Assembly (NCBI GenBank): GCA_030683155.1
Contig: JAUXMV010000019.1
Location: forward strand, 6,422-70,421
Direction: 5' to 3'
DNA length: 64,000 nt
Source of the DNA: Bacteroidales bacterium
GTDB taxonomy: Bacteria; Bacteroidota; Bacteroidia; Bacteroidales; F082
A model generated the notes under the pieces. The model was not told where the DNA came from. It saw only the letters and a list, made by a program, of their open reading frames with translations, and did not search any database. This document shows, piece by piece, positions 19,650 through 31,500 of this stretch (its first letter is position 1; every line of letters begins with the position of its first letter). The position numbers were made by a program, and so were the translations under genes.

Positions 19650-21911
19650 TTATTGCGTTAATTCAACCGTTCCTTTGAGCGGCAGATTATTAGATGCTGA
19701 TCCAACCGATATTTCAAACAATCCCGGTTCAAGCACCCAGCCCAATTTCTCCGGATGGTAAAAACTGAAGGCTGATTCATCAAGCGCAATGCTTATAGTG
19801 GTTGATTCCCCCGGATTAAGTGTGACCTTTTCAAAACCCTTCAACTCCTTTAGTGGCCGTTCAACTGAGGCTACCCTTTGATGAACATAAACCTGAGCGA
19901 CCTCTGCACCAGCGCGGTTTCCGGTGTTGGTAAGCGTGCATTCAACGAAAATCTTCTTATCCTTTTGGGTTAATTTCAGACCAGAGAAATCAAAACTTGT
20001 GTAGGAAAGTCCAAAACCAAATGGAAATACCACTTCAATATTTTTTGAGTCGAAATAGCGATAACCGACATAAATATCTTCGGTATATTGAACTGTTTTG
20101 TTTCCGGGAAACTCACCGACAGCATGTGAAGGATAATCTTCATGTGAATTGGCAAATGTCACAGGCAGCTTGCCGGAAGGATTTATATCACCAAATAAAA
20201 CCTGCGCAATGGCTGTTCCACCTTCCATTCCCGGATACCATGCATGAAGATAGGCGCGCGTTTCAGGCAGCCAGTTTTTCATTTCTACGTTGCTTCCACC
20301 CATCAGCACAACGGCTGTTTTTTTGTTCACCTTATTGATTTCCTGAATCAGCTCTTCCTGACCAAACAACAGCTTGAGGTTCAGCTTGTCGCGTGCCTCA
20401 GCATCGTAGGTACCTTCGCCCCAAGGCATGCCATCGTGGCCATGAATCCAGCCGCCGACAAAAATGACAGCGTCTGCACTTCTGGCAACTTCTATGGCCT
20501 CCGTCATTAGTTTGGCATTGGCAGTTTTTGCCAGATCTGTACTTTTCTTGTTGTCTCTGGACTGTGAAGCCACTTCACTTGTATAATTCCTGAAAAGACT
20601 TTCATCATAATAGGGTTCATAACCTTCAGCAAAAATGATTTCAACCTGATCCCCAACCAGTTTTTGAATGCCTTCAAGCGGTGTGATTTCATACAATGGC
20701 TTCACCTGAGAGCTTCCGCCTCTTTCAGCAAACTTGCGTATAGCATTATGGCCAATGACAGCAAGGGTTTTGATTTCTTTTTTGTCAAGCGGCAAAAGAC
20801 CATCGTTTTTAAGTAGCACTAAACCTTCCTGAGCCACTTTTAATGCCAGTTGCTGATGCTCAGGCACATTTCTTTTGCCCGGAGCATGATTTCCAAGTGC
20901 AGTTGTGCGATACATCAGTCTCAAAACACGTTTTACTTTTTCATCCACCACACTTTCATCGATATCACCGTCTTCAATCATTTTTTTTGCATGTTTTGCA
21001 AGATAAAAATCATCATAATCAGGATTGCTGAATGACTTAAGCAGTTCTGTACCCATTTCTATGTCAGTTCCATAAAGTAGCGCCTCCCTGGTATTTTTCA
21101 CTGAACCCCAGTCGCTGATAACAACGCCGTCAAATCCCCAATCGCCTTTGAGCACAACGTTGTTAAGGTATTCGTGATGGGTTGTGTACTGACCGTTGAT
21201 TTTGTTGTAGGCGCCCATTACACTCCAGACATTCGCTTCCTGAACTGCCGCTTTAAAGGCAGGGAAATAAATTTCATGCAATGCCCTTTTGCTTATTATT
21301 ACATCAATATTATGACGATCGGTTTCCTGATTGTTTGCGGCATAATGCTTAACACATGAGGCAACACCTTGTTCCTGAACGCCTTTTATATATCCAACTG
21401 CCATCACTGCGGCATGAAAGGGGTCTTCGCTCAGGTATTCAAAATTTCGTCCATTGAGTGGACTTCTTATAATGTTGACTCCAGGCCCGAGAATTATATT
21501 TTTTCCCCTTTCCTTGGCTTCATTGCCCAAAACAACACCATATTCATAGCCCAGATTTTTGTTCCAGGTTGAGGCAAGACAAATCCCAACGGGCAGGTAA
21601 GTAGCTTTGTCGTCGGCATTTTCGAGTGCATACCAGCCACGACCATGCTCATGACGAACGCCATGAGGGCCGTCGGACATGGTTATTTCAGGTAAACCGA
21701 GTCTTTCGACACCTCCTGAAGTAAATGATGAACTTGCATGGATAAGACTGAGTTTTTCATCAAGTGTCATCATGCTGATCAGGGAATCCAACTTTTCAGC
21801 AGGAACTGATGTTTTTTCGAAAGCCATCTGCTTGTTTTTGGTATTTGTTTGACATGCAAAGAATGTTGTTGTCAAGAGTAACATGATTGAAAGAAAGAGT
21901 TTTGTTTTCAT
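19650..21911 (-). CDS. Glycoside hydrolase family 3 beta-glucosidase (BglX-like), secreted
   Basis: Has a signal/lipoprotein-like N-terminus, the GVVISDWGS nucleophile context and a fibronectin-like C-terminus. Confidence 0.9.
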   Translation of the reverse strand: MKTKLFLSIMLLLTTTFFACQTNTKNKQMAFEKTSVPAEKLDSLISMMTLDEKLSLIHASSSFTSGGVERLGLPEITMSDGPHGVRHEHGRGWYALENADDKATYLPVGICLASTWNKNLGYEYGVVLGNEAKERGKNIILGPGVNIIRSPLNGRNFEYLSEDPFHAAVMAVGYIKGVQEQGVASCVKHYAANNQETDRHNIDVIISKRALHEIYFPAFKAAVQEANVWSVMGAYNKINGQYTTHHEYLNNVVLKGDWGFDGVVISDWGSVKNTREALLYGTDIEMGTELLKSFSNPDYDDFYLAKHAKKMIEDGDIDESVVDEKVKRVLRLMYRTTALGNHAPGKRNVPEHQQLALKVAQEGLVLLKNDGLLPLDKKEIKTLAVIGHNAIRKFAERGGSSQVKPLYEITPLEGIQKLVGDQVEIIFAEGYEPYYDESLFRNYTSEVASQSRDNKKSTDLAKTANAKLMTEAIEVARSADAVIFVGGWIHGHDGMPWGEGTYDAEARDKLNLKLLFGQEELIQEINKVNKKTAVVLMGGSNVEMKNWLPETRAYLHAWYPGMEGGTAIAQVLFGDINPSGKLPVTFANSHEDYPSHAVGEFPGNKTVQYTEDIYVGYRYFDSKNIEVVFPFGFGLSYTSFDFSGLKLTQKDKKIFVECTLTNTGNRAGAEVAQVYVHQRVASVERPLKELKGFEKVTLNPGESTTISIALDESAFSFYHPEKLGWVLEPGLFEISVGSASNNLPLKGTVELTQ

Positions 21912-22120
21912 TTCTGTTCTTTTAGAATTTCTAAATCATCGTAAAGAATATGTAGTCAACACTTTATGCTTACGAGCAATATTTCCGGATAAATTTTCAT
22001 TTTATTTCAAAATGGGAACTACAGGCTTTTTTCGATGGTTTTTTATCAATTATTTTATTTATTCAGTGTTTCAATTTTTGCTTTTCAGCGGTCAAGTTTT
22101 GGAGAACCGCAACTTTACAA

Positions 22121-23119
22121 TCACATGCTTTTAATAATTTCCAGAATTTTCGATGACTCCTCTTCAGAAAAAGCAATGTTTTTCAAAGTTTCGATATTAT
22201 CATTCAACTGCTTCACGGAACTCACACCAACGATCACTGAAGTCACGCGGTTGTCTCGCAGCAGCCATGCAGTTGCCATCTGAGCAAGCGTTTGACCTCT
22301 TTGAAAGGCAATTTCGTTGAGCAGACTGACTTTTTCAATCAGTTGAGGAGTGATATATTCGGGTTTAAGAAAGAATGCTTTCGAAGCCCTTGAATCAGAA
22401 GGGATTCCGTTGAGATATCTGTCGGTCAGAATGCCTTGTGCAAGCGGAGAATATGCCACAAAACCAACACCATTGTCCTCCAAAACATTCAGCAAGCCAT
22501 TCTCCACAGTTCTGTCGATCATTGAATATCTTCCCTGATGAATCAGACAAGGTGTTCCAAGCTTATTCAGAATTTCGATGGCATTTTTTGTTTGTTCGGG
22601 CGAATAGTTTGAGATGCCGGCATACAAAGCTTTCCCGCTTTTTACGATGTGATCAAGCGTCATCATGGTTTCTTCGAGTGGTGTTTTCGGATCAAAACGG
22701 TGGGAATAAAAAATATCAACATAATCCAGACCCATGCGTTTCAGGCTTTGATTCAGGCTTGCAACCAAATATTTTCTTGAACCCCACTCACCATAAGGCC
22801 CTTCCCACATGCCATAGCCGGCCTTGGTTGTGATGATCATTTCATCCCTATAAGCAGCAAAATCCTTTTTCAGGATGGACCCAAAAACCTCTTCAGCCGA
22901 GCCTGCAGGCGGACCATAGTTGTTTGCAAGGTCAAAATGCGTGATGCCCTGATCAAAAGCCGATCGAATGATATCCCTTGCAGTGTCGAAACAATCAACA
23001 TGTCCGAAGTTGTGCCACAAACCCAATGAAACAGCAGGAAGCAATAGTCCGCTTTTTCCGCAACGGTTGTATTTCATAGTGCTGTATCTGAAGCTGTTAG
23101 CTGTATAATTATTTTCCAT
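22121..23119 (-). CDS. Aldo/keto reductase (YghZ/Gpr-like)
   Basis: Carries [16 protein letters not shown] and further AKR motifs. It overlaps the upstream GH94 gene by 11 nt. Confidence 0.85.
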   Translation of the reverse strand: MENNYTANSFRYSTMKYNRCGKSGLLLPAVSLGLWHNFGHVDCFDTARDIIRSAFDQGITHFDLANNYGPPAGSAEEVFGSILKKDFAAYRDEMIITTKAGYGMWEGPYGEWGSRKYLVASLNQSLKRMGLDYVDIFYSHRFDPKTPLEETMMTLDHIVKSGKALYAGISNYSPEQTKNAIEILNKLGTPCLIHQGRYSMIDRTVENGLLNVLEDNGVGFVAYSPLAQGILTDRYLNGIPSDSRASKAFFLKPEYITPQLIEKVSLLNEIAFQRGQTLAQMATAWLLRDNRVTSVIVGVSSVKQLNDNIETLKNIAFSEEESSKILEIIKSM

Positions 23120-25541
23120 CTTTGTTTAGTATTATTTCAACTTCAAATATCTCATTATTTTTTGAAAGTGGAAGCGTTCCATTCCACGCTTTGCCGTTGA
23201 CGCGGCAAGACTGCTTTTTACCACCATGATTGACAATTTTCACAAGATAGGTATTGTCTCTGAATTTTCTGGTGAAGCTAAGTTCCTTTATCGAGGATGG
23301 AAGGTTGGGTGCAATGGTCAAGCCATCATAATCCGGTTTAATGCCTAAGATATATTGACTTACAGTATAAAAGTTCCAGGCTGCAGTGCCGGTAAGCCAT
23401 GAGTTTTTTGCCTCGCCGGGCTTTGCGGCATCCTTTCCTGCAATCATCTGAGAATACACATAAGGCTCGGTTTTATGCAATTCGCTGATGTCTTCAAGAT
23501 AGGCCGGTGTTATTCTTTTGTAATAATCAAAAGCTAAATCAGCATGTCCAATCATGGTTTCTGCAATGATAATCCATGGATTGTTATGGCAAAAAATACC
23601 CGCATTTTCTTTATATCCGGGAGGATAAGTAGTGATCTCGCCCAGATTAATGTGATATTTTGTGTAGGCAGGATTCAACAGAACGATGCCGTATGGGGTT
23701 GCTAATTTCTCTTTTACGCTTTTCAAGGCTTTTTCAGCACGACCATCTTCGATTCCAATTCCGGCCATGACGCAAAATCCCTGCGGTTCGATGAAAATCT
23801 GTCCTTCTTCATTTTCCTTGCTTCCGACTTTATCGCCATAAAAATCATATGCTCTTAAAAACCAGTCGCCATCCCAGCCGGCTTTGTCGATAGCGCTTTT
23901 CATGTTTTCGACATGAATTCTTGCCTGATTTGCCTCTTCTGTTTTGCCAGTAAAATCGCAAATGCGCGCAAACTCCTCACCATATAAAACAAACATTCCT
24001 GCTATCATCACTGACTCGGCTGTTTTTCCGATTTTGTTGTTCGTAGTCTGAAACGACTCTCCCGGTTTATCAGAAAAGCAGTTCAGGTTGAGGCAGTCGT
24101 TCCAGTCGGCACGACCGATCAATGGTAGTTTATGCGGCCCTAAGTTATTCACTACATGATAAAAAGAACGTTTTATATGTTCAAAAACCGGAGCGTCATT
24201 TCCGTTGTTATTAAAAGGGGCTGTTTGCTCGAGCAGGGACCAATCGCCGGTTTCCTTCAGGTAAGCAGAAACGGAAAGGATAAGCCACAATGGATCGTCA
24301 TTGAAATTGCCTCCCACTTCATGGTTTCCTTTTTTTGTTAAAGGCTGATACTGATGGTAGGCGCTTCCATCTTCCAATTGGGTACTTGCCAGATCGATGA
24401 TACGTTGTCGTGCAAGCTCAGGCGCAAGGTGCACCATGCCGATTATGTCCTGATTGGAATCACGGAAACCCATTCCACGGCCTATTCCAGACTCAAAGTA
24501 AGAAGTGCTTCTCGAGAAGAAATAAGTCACCATGCATTGGTATTGATTCCAGATGTTTACCATACGATCCAGTTTCTCATCTTCGGAGCGGATATTCAAT
24601 TTTGCAAGTAAATCTGACCAAAAAGCCTGAAGCGCTTTCAATGCATCGTCCACCTGTTCAGAGGTCTGAAACTGACTGATCATTTTTGTCGCCTTCGATT
24701 TATTAATGACATTTGGAGCTGAAAACTTTTCCTCGTTGTCATTTTCCACATATCCCAGAACAAAAACAAATTCTCTTTCTTCGCCAGCTTCAAGGTTAAC
24801 TTCGATAAAATGCGACGCCACCGGCGACCACCCATGTGCAACAGAATTTCCACTTTGCCCTTTGCAAACCATTTCGGGATTGTCGAAACCATTATAGGTT
24901 CCTAAAAAAGTTTCGCGATCGGTATCAAATCCATTGATATCGGTATTGACGTTGTAAAAAGCAAAATGATTCCGGCGCTCGCGGTATTCGGTTTTGTGGT
25001 AGATGCAGGAGCCTTCAATTTCAACTTCTCCGGTATTGAAATTTCGTTGAAAATTAGTCATATCGTCCAAAGCATCCCACAATGCCCATTCGGCAAAAGA
25101 GTGCAATTTGACAGCTTTTTGGGTGGCGCACTTGTTCGAGAGTTTTACTTTGATTACTTCTCCATCAAATTCAAGCGGAACAAAATACAACACCTCAGCC
25201 TCAAGCAGGTTCAACTCGCCTGTAATTTTTGAATAACCCAAACCATGCCGGCACTCGTAGCTATCCAGCTCATTTTTAACCGGTTTCCAGCCCGGCGACC
25301 AGATTTGGCCTCCATCATTGATATAAAAATATTTTCCTCCGTCATCAACAGGCACATTGTTGTATCTGTTTCGGGTAATTCTGCGTAAACGGGCATCTCT
25401 ATAAAAGCTATATCCCCCCCCGGTGTTGGATATGATGCTGAAGAAATCGCCAGTACCCATATAATTAATCCATGGAAAAGGCGTCCTTGGATTCGTAATT
25501 ACATACTCCTTATTTATATCGTCAAAAAATCCGTATTTCAT
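23109..25541 (-). CDS. GH94 cellobiose (cellodextrin/chitobiose-type) phosphorylase
   Basis: 810 aa, closely colinear with characterised cellobiose phosphorylases. Shared segments include [54 protein letters not shown] and [12 protein letters not shown]. Confidence 0.9.
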   Translation of the reverse strand: MKYGFFDDINKEYVITNPRTPFPWINYMGTGDFFSIISNTGGGYSFYRDARLRRITRNRYNNVPVDDGGKYFYINDGGQIWSPGWKPVKNELDSYECRHGLGYSKITGELNLLEAEVLYFVPLEFDGEVIKVKLSNKCATQKAVKLHSFAEWALWDALDDMTNFQRNFNTGEVEIEGSCIYHKTEYRERRNHFAFYNVNTDINGFDTDRETFLGTYNGFDNPEMVCKGQSGNSVAHGWSPVASHFIEVNLEAGEEREFVFVLGYVENDNEEKFSAPNVINKSKATKMISQFQTSEQVDDALKALQAFWSDLLAKLNIRSEDEKLDRMVNIWNQYQCMVTYFFSRSTSYFESGIGRGMGFRDSNQDIIGMVHLAPELARQRIIDLASTQLEDGSAYHQYQPLTKKGNHEVGGNFNDDPLWLILSVSAYLKETGDWSLLEQTAPFNNNGNDAPVFEHIKRSFYHVVNNLGPHKLPLIGRADWNDCLNLNCFSDKPGESFQTTNNKIGKTAESVMIAGMFVLYGEEFARICDFTGKTEEANQARIHVENMKSAIDKAGWDGDWFLRAYDFYGDKVGSKENEEGQIFIEPQGFCVMAGIGIEDGRAEKALKSVKEKLATPYGIVLLNPAYTKYHINLGEITTYPPGYKENAGIFCHNNPWIIIAETMIGHADLAFDYYKRITPAYLEDISELHKTEPYVYSQMIAGKDAAKPGEAKNSWLTGTAAWNFYTVSQYILGIKPDYDGLTIAPNLPSSIKELSFTRKFRDNTYLVKIVNHGGKKQSCRVNGKAWNGTLPLSKNNEIFEVEIILNKDGK

Positions 25542-25598
25542 GTTAGATTTGTCTTTTAAAATTAATTTCTTCGATTGAAATAAAATGCGCTTCTGAGA

Positions 25599-27203
25599 CT
25601 ATTCTCCGGCTCTGCGCCTGTTTAATTCGATTGTAATTTCATCCATTTTATGTTGTGTGAGCGGATATAGTGTCATTAATGCTGCTGCCAGCAATGCTAT
25701 CAAAGCGGGAATCCAGCTCATCAGCATTTTTATGCCCGGGATGGCACTCTGAATAGCAACAGCATCCTGTCCGCTGTAGTGAAATGCTCCAAGCACAAGA
25801 CCGATAATGGCTCCAGCTATTCCACCACCAAATTTGGTAGAAAACGATCCCGCAGAATAGATCAATCCGGTAGCTCTGCGACCGTTTTTGAACTCAGAAT
25901 AATCGGCAGCATCGCCCAGCATGGCAAAAAACAATGTTGGAAAAATGGCTGCTGCAAACTCTGAAATCATACCAATAACAAAGATGAAAAGAATGTCCTG
26001 CGGCCCACAGAAAACAAGCAAAACATTCACCAGAGCCGAAAAAATAAGTGCATAAATAAAGAGTTTTCTTTTGCCGAGTTTCTTTCCAAGATATGCAGTA
26101 GCCATGGCTCCGGCAATGGAAACGACCATTAAACCAACCAGATAGGAGCCTGTTAAGAGCTGATCATTCAAATAATGGGTAAAATAGATGACCACAATGC
26201 CTTGCTTAATGTTGTTGTAAACATTAAACAGCAGACCAATAATCAAAAGTACCATCCAGGGCTTGTTGCTGAACAGGTCTTTTAAATCCTTTTTCAGATT
26301 TGTTTGTTGATTTTTGGAAGGCTGAACCCGTTCACGTGTGGTGTAAAAGGTGGCAAGCATCAGCAGCGATAAGATTACTGACATGATATAGATTGAGCTG
26401 CTATACCCTTTTTTCTGATCGATGATTGAGATTTTTTCAGCGCCAATTTTCTCTTCACCTTCTACAAGAAACATATAGCTTGAATCTTTCTGCATCGAGA
26501 AACTTACAGAATTTACAGGCTCAGCGTTTTCGTTTCCGTCATTGCGATCAACCCACGAAAACAGCGCGATACCGTCTTTGGTTTTAATGTTTACATTTTC
26601 CACATCTTTGGAAACAGAAACAGAAACCTGAAATTTGTCTGCTGCCAATTCATTCACCTTCACTTCTGGATTTACATTACCAAAGTGAGCCACTAAAAAA
26701 AGCAATGCGCCCTGAACAATCATTCCACCACCAAAAGCACCAACCATGCGGTATGAGCCAAGAACAGTCCTTTCTTTGTCATCACCGGTAATCACAGCCA
26801 TCAGTGCGCCATAAGGAATGTTGTTGGCTGTGTAAATGAGGGTAAATAAGATGTAAGTGACGTAGGCATAGATTATTTTGCCGGTCGATGTTAAGTCAGG
26901 CGTTGTGAAAAGCAATGACAAAACGATACCCAGCGGGATTGCAGTCCATAAAATCCAGGGACGGAATTTACCGTATCTGCTGTTTGTCCTGTCGCCGATT
27001 ACCCCCATCAGAATGTCGCTTATGCCATCGCTGAAACGGGCAACGAGCATCAGCATTCCAACAGCCACCGGACTGATTCCAAATACATCGGTATAGAAAA
27101 CAAACAGGAAGGTTGCTACACCACGCCAGGCAATATTGGCAGCTCCATCGCCCAGGGCGTAACCTATTTTTTCTCTTATCTTTATTTTATTGTTTTCAGT
27201 CAT
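25599..27203 (-). CDS. Glycoside-pentoside-hexuronide (GPH):cation symporter, MFS
   Basis: The N-terminus is GYALGDGAANIAW..F..FYTDV and there are 12 predicted helices. An extra segment of about 95 aa sits in the central loop. Confidence 0.85.
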   Translation of the reverse strand: MTENNKIKIREKIGYALGDGAANIAWRGVATFLFVFYTDVFGISPVAVGMLMLVARFSDGISDILMGVIGDRTNSRYGKFRPWILWTAIPLGIVLSLLFTTPDLTSTGKIIYAYVTYILFTLIYTANNIPYGALMAVITGDDKERTVLGSYRMVGAFGGGMIVQGALLFLVAHFGNVNPEVKVNELAADKFQVSVSVSKDVENVNIKTKDGIALFSWVDRNDGNENAEPVNSVSFSMQKDSSYMFLVEGEEKIGAEKISIIDQKKGYSSSIYIMSVILSLLMLATFYTTRERVQPSKNQQTNLKKDLKDLFSNKPWMVLLIIGLLFNVYNNIKQGIVVIYFTHYLNDQLLTGSYLVGLMVVSIAGAMATAYLGKKLGKRKLFIYALIFSALVNVLLVFCGPQDILFIFVIGMISEFAAAIFPTLFFAMLGDAADYSEFKNGRRATGLIYSAGSFSTKFGGGIAGAIIGLVLGAFHYSGQDAVAIQSAIPGIKMLMSWIPALIALLAAALMTLYPLTQHKMDEITIELNRRRAGE

Positions 27204-27473
27204 CGCTTAAATTTTAGTAATCAGGTCAGAAAGGATTCTTCTTTCACAATGCACAAAGTTTAATCAAAAACATGTTATTGATTTTGCCTTGACCTTGATT
27301 ATCCCAATCCACTGTATTGCAACGGATTGCAGCCAAGATACTGGCAAAGTTAAGAGCAGAATCAATTACGTGTAATTTCATTTGCGCTGATTCAATCAAC
27401 AAACACCAAAAACAAGCGCAAGACGCCAAGGTCAAGTACCACAACAAAAACACCTAATTACTATCAGAATATA

Positions 27474-28235
27474 TCATATGGAAAAGTCAAGCTTTTCCTT
27501 TTTTGTTCTATCATAAACATCCCGGCTGAAAATAAAAACCTGTGCCGGCTTGTGTGCCACACCTTTTTGCTTTTCATTCAATGGGATGACATATTTCATT
27601 TGCGCCACCTTTTTTCGGAAATTCCGTCTGTCGAGGGCTGTATTCAAAATAACTTCATAAAGGTTTTGAAGTTGTGTCAGGGTAAACTTTTCCGGAAGCA
27701 ACTCAAAACCAATAGGCTCTCTTCTGATTTCTTCCTGAAGATATTCCAGCGCCATTTTGATAATTTTTTCATGGTCAAATCCAAGCTCCGGCAAGTCATT
27801 TACAGGAAACCATTTCGAGTCCTGATGCTGATGATCCGGTTTTATTTTGGTGCTGTCAACCAATGAATAGTATGCAACTGTAATAACATGGTTCAAAACC
27901 ATTGGAAACTTTGTTTTTAGCCAAAGCTGGTCCTTCTCTTTTAAAAGACGGTCAGTATCGCCGAAAGTATGAAATTGTTTCAAAAAAATGTTTTCAAGTC
28001 CGGTTTTATCCTTCAATACCCTTTTAGCGGCATTATCCAGGTTTTCATTCTCCAAAACATGATGGCCCTGCATTGTGTAATCCTGTAAAATGACTTCTCC
28101 TGATTCAGGGTCAGTCAATTCACGTTTTGTAAGCAACACATTTAAACTTGTGTTGTCAAAACCGAATATCACACAATCCACAGATACATTATTAATTATT
28201 GGCCTTACCATAGCTAAAGCGTATTTATTACACAC
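27474..28235 (-). CDS. Nudix-domain transcriptional regulator (NrtR-like)
   Basis: An N-terminal Nudix-like fold (VSVDCVIFGF) is followed by a C-terminal winged-helix region. It is divergent from susC. Confidence 0.7.
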   Translation of the reverse strand: MCNKYALAMVRPIINNVSVDCVIFGFDNTSLNVLLTKRELTDPESGEVILQDYTMQGHHVLENENLDNAAKRVLKDKTGLENIFLKQFHTFGDTDRLLKEKDQLWLKTKFPMVLNHVITVAYYSLVDSTKIKPDHQHQDSKWFPVNDLPELGFDHEKIIKMALEYLQEEIRREPIGFELLPEKFTLTQLQNLYEVILNTALDRRNFRKKVAQMKYVIPLNEKQKGVAHKPAQVFIFSRDVYDRTKKEKLDFSI

Positions 28236-28403
28236 TGCAAAAATATTTACTTTTTGATTAATAAAACATTTTTTTAAAAAATAAATCTTTATTCAGTAAA
28301 AAACTAAATATACACATAAACAACTATATAGGAACGAAACAATTTAGAATTAATATAAATTACAAGAATTTTTAAAAAAAGTTTAAACTTAACATTTTTT
28401 ATA

Positions 28404-28411
28404 TATTTTTG
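28404..28411 (+). promoter_or_regulatory. Candidate -7 promoter box TATTTTTG upstream of susC-like gene
   Basis: Matches TAnnTTTG in the AT-rich divergent intergenic region. Confidence 0.2.
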
Positions 28412-28577
28412 CTGTTGTGTATTTTTTACACTAAGTAAAAATGAAGAATAAATGAATTAATCATCAAAAAAAAAACGAACCTATGAACAAACAGCATCTC
28501 CTCTAATTATTATCAGAATTATCATTTTTTGTTTTGTAATGTAATCTTATCACTCACTTAAATTAAACGTTATACTT

Positions 28578-31500
28578 ATGAAATCAGATGTTTACAATTT
28601 ATTAAAATTGAACACCCTAGCGAAGAAAGTATTATTCCTGACCGGGATATTATTTCTTAGTGTCACTTTTACATTAACCGCGCAAGGAGCTTTCAACTTC
28701 AGCGGAATGGTTCAGGGTGAAAACGGCGAAGCTTTACCCGGAGTTAATGTTGTTGAGAAAGGTACAACAAATGGTACTATCTCTGGCATTGACGGAGCAT
28801 TTCAGATTAACCTGAACAAACAAACTATTCTTTTCGTCTTTTCCATGGTTGGTTATGAAACCATTGAAAAAGAGTTAAAGGCAAATGTTAAAGAAATTAT
28901 TGTACTTAAAGAAAGTGTTGTAGGACTAAGCGAAATTCTTGTTGTTGGATATGGTATTCAAAAAAGATCCAATATTACAGGGGCAATTGCGAAATTGGGA
29001 AACAAAGAGCTTGCTCAACTTCCAACCACCAATGTGAATGAAGCACTGCAGGGCCGCATTGCAGGTGTGAATGTAACCACAACTTCAGGTTCTCCGGGTG
29101 CAGGACAAAAAGTTGTTATCCGCGGGGTGGCAACAAACGGAAATGTTCAGCCACTGTATATAGTAGACGGTATGGCAACGGGCAATATTGATAATCTGGA
29201 ACCAAATGATGTTGAGTCCGTTACCGTTCTTAAAGACGCCGCTTCTGCTGCCATTTATGGTGCTGAAGCAGCCAATGGCGTTGTGCTGATTACAACCAAA
29301 AGTGGCGTCAAAGGTCCGGGAAAAGTTGAATACAGTTTTCAGGCTGGCTCACAAAGTATAGGCTCCTACACGCAACCAATGGATGCAGCAAGCTATGCAA
29401 CATGGATCAATGAAGCGAATGTTGGAGTTACAATACCAACAAATTCAAGCACAAACACCAACTGGATGGACGAAACACTGAATACAGCCATGCTGCAGCG
29501 TCATCATCTTGCTTTCAGCGGTGCAACTGAAAAAGGAAATTATTATGTTTCTGGTGGTTATATGAACCAGGATGGTGTTATTGGTGGCGACAAGTCACAT
29601 TATGAACGCTTTACACTTCGCACCAACATAACCCAGCAAATCAAACCATGGATAAAAGTTGGAACCAATGTGAACTATACACACATGCAAAGAAACTCCA
29701 TTACTGAGGACTCCGAATTTGGCGGTATTATTTCATCTGCTTTGATGCTGGATCCATTAACTCCTGTAATTTACACCGGAGCTTTGCCTGATTTTGCACA
29801 AACAGTTTTAGGTCAGGGAAATACACTTGTTCAAAACGCTGATGGATTCTACTATGGATTGTCACCTTATGTAAAAGGTGAGATTGCGAACCCACTTGCC
29901 ATGATTGAAATTGCCAAAGGCGGAACAAAGGAAGACAAATTCATGGGCAATATGTACCTGACTTTAGGTGATGAAAGCTGGAGAGGTTTCAAATTTACCA
30001 CACGCACCAGTGCCGATGTTGCCAACCAGCTTTTCCATACATGGTTCCCTACCTATTGGTTTTCTTCAGAAAGAATGAATACACAGGCCAATGTCAGAGA
30101 CAACACCAACACCTGGTTTACTTGGATGTGGGAAAACTATGTTTCGTATGACAAAACCTTTGGTATAAAGCACAATATCAGTGCTGTTGCAGGTATTTCC
30201 GCAAAACAATTTACACACAAGTACCTCAATACCCAGTCGGGACCAATGTTTGCTGAAGGCGACAATTTTGCACAGCATGGAGGTGTTGAAATCGCAGGCA
30301 GGGTAAGTGGAAATCTAAGAGACACAAGAACTTCATCCTATTTTGCCCGTGCATCCTATGATTATGATGGAAAATATCTCGTGAATGCGATCTTCCGCCG
30401 TGATGGAACTTCCCTTTTGCATCCAGACCAAAGATGGGGCAACTTCCCTTCAGTTTCTGCAGGCTGGATTCTTTCAAAAGAAGAATTCTGGAATGTTGAT
30501 TTCATCGATTTCTTTAAGGTCAGAGCTTCATGGGGAACAAACGGCAATCTTTCAGGTTTAGGCCCGGATCAATTCCGCTCTTTGATTATTTCATCAGGGA
30601 TTCAATATCCAAAGCCAGGTGGTGGCTTCTACACAGGTGCTGAACCTGAATTACTTGCCAATCCTGAATTGACATGGGCCACAAGCGAGCAAATTGACCT
30701 CGGTTTTGACATGAATCTGCTTGGAGATAAATTTTCTGTTGGATTTGATTATTTCCATAAAAAAACCAGAGATCTTTTAGTTCCCGGAACTCCTCCACCA
30801 TCCGTTGGAAACAATGCTCCATTTGTGAATGCAGGTGATGTTACCAATAAAGGCGTCGAACTTGAACTGGTTTACAGAAATTATGACCATGCCCTTAAAT
30901 ATGACATCAGCGCAAACTTCACATGGTTAAACAATGAAGTTACATTTCTGAACCCATTGCTCGACAGAGTGGGTGGCACAAGTGTAGGCACAGGCTGGAC
31001 AGCAACATATCTTGAATTAAATCAACCTGTTTGGTTCTTCCGTGGCTACAAAACTGATGGAATTTTCCAAAATCAGGCTGAAATCGATGCTTATAAAGCT
31101 GCTAACGGTGGTTTAGCTGGCTACAATCCTGTTCCGGGCGATCCAATTGTTGTAAACACCAATGGTGACAACCTTATCAACAATGAAGACCAGACAAGCA
31201 TCGGTAGTCCTCATCCAAAATTTATGTGGGGAACTTACCTCAACTTCTCCTATTCAGGATTTGATATGCGATTGTTCGTGCAAGGAGTTCATGGTCAGGA
31301 TGTATTATTGGGATGGAATCGCTATGACAGATCGACATCAAACCGACCGCAATTTTTCTTCGATGAAAGATGGACAGGCGAAGGAAGCACCAACGAAAGG
31401 CCAAGAGCTGATCAATCAAGCCCTTACATATACAATAGTGATCTGATGATTTTTAAAGGTTCTTACGTAAAAATCAGACAAATTCAATTAGGCTACACTG

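Noticed and set aside
22438-22833. 131-aa plus-strand ORF
   Set aside because: It is antisense within the aldo-keto reductase gene.
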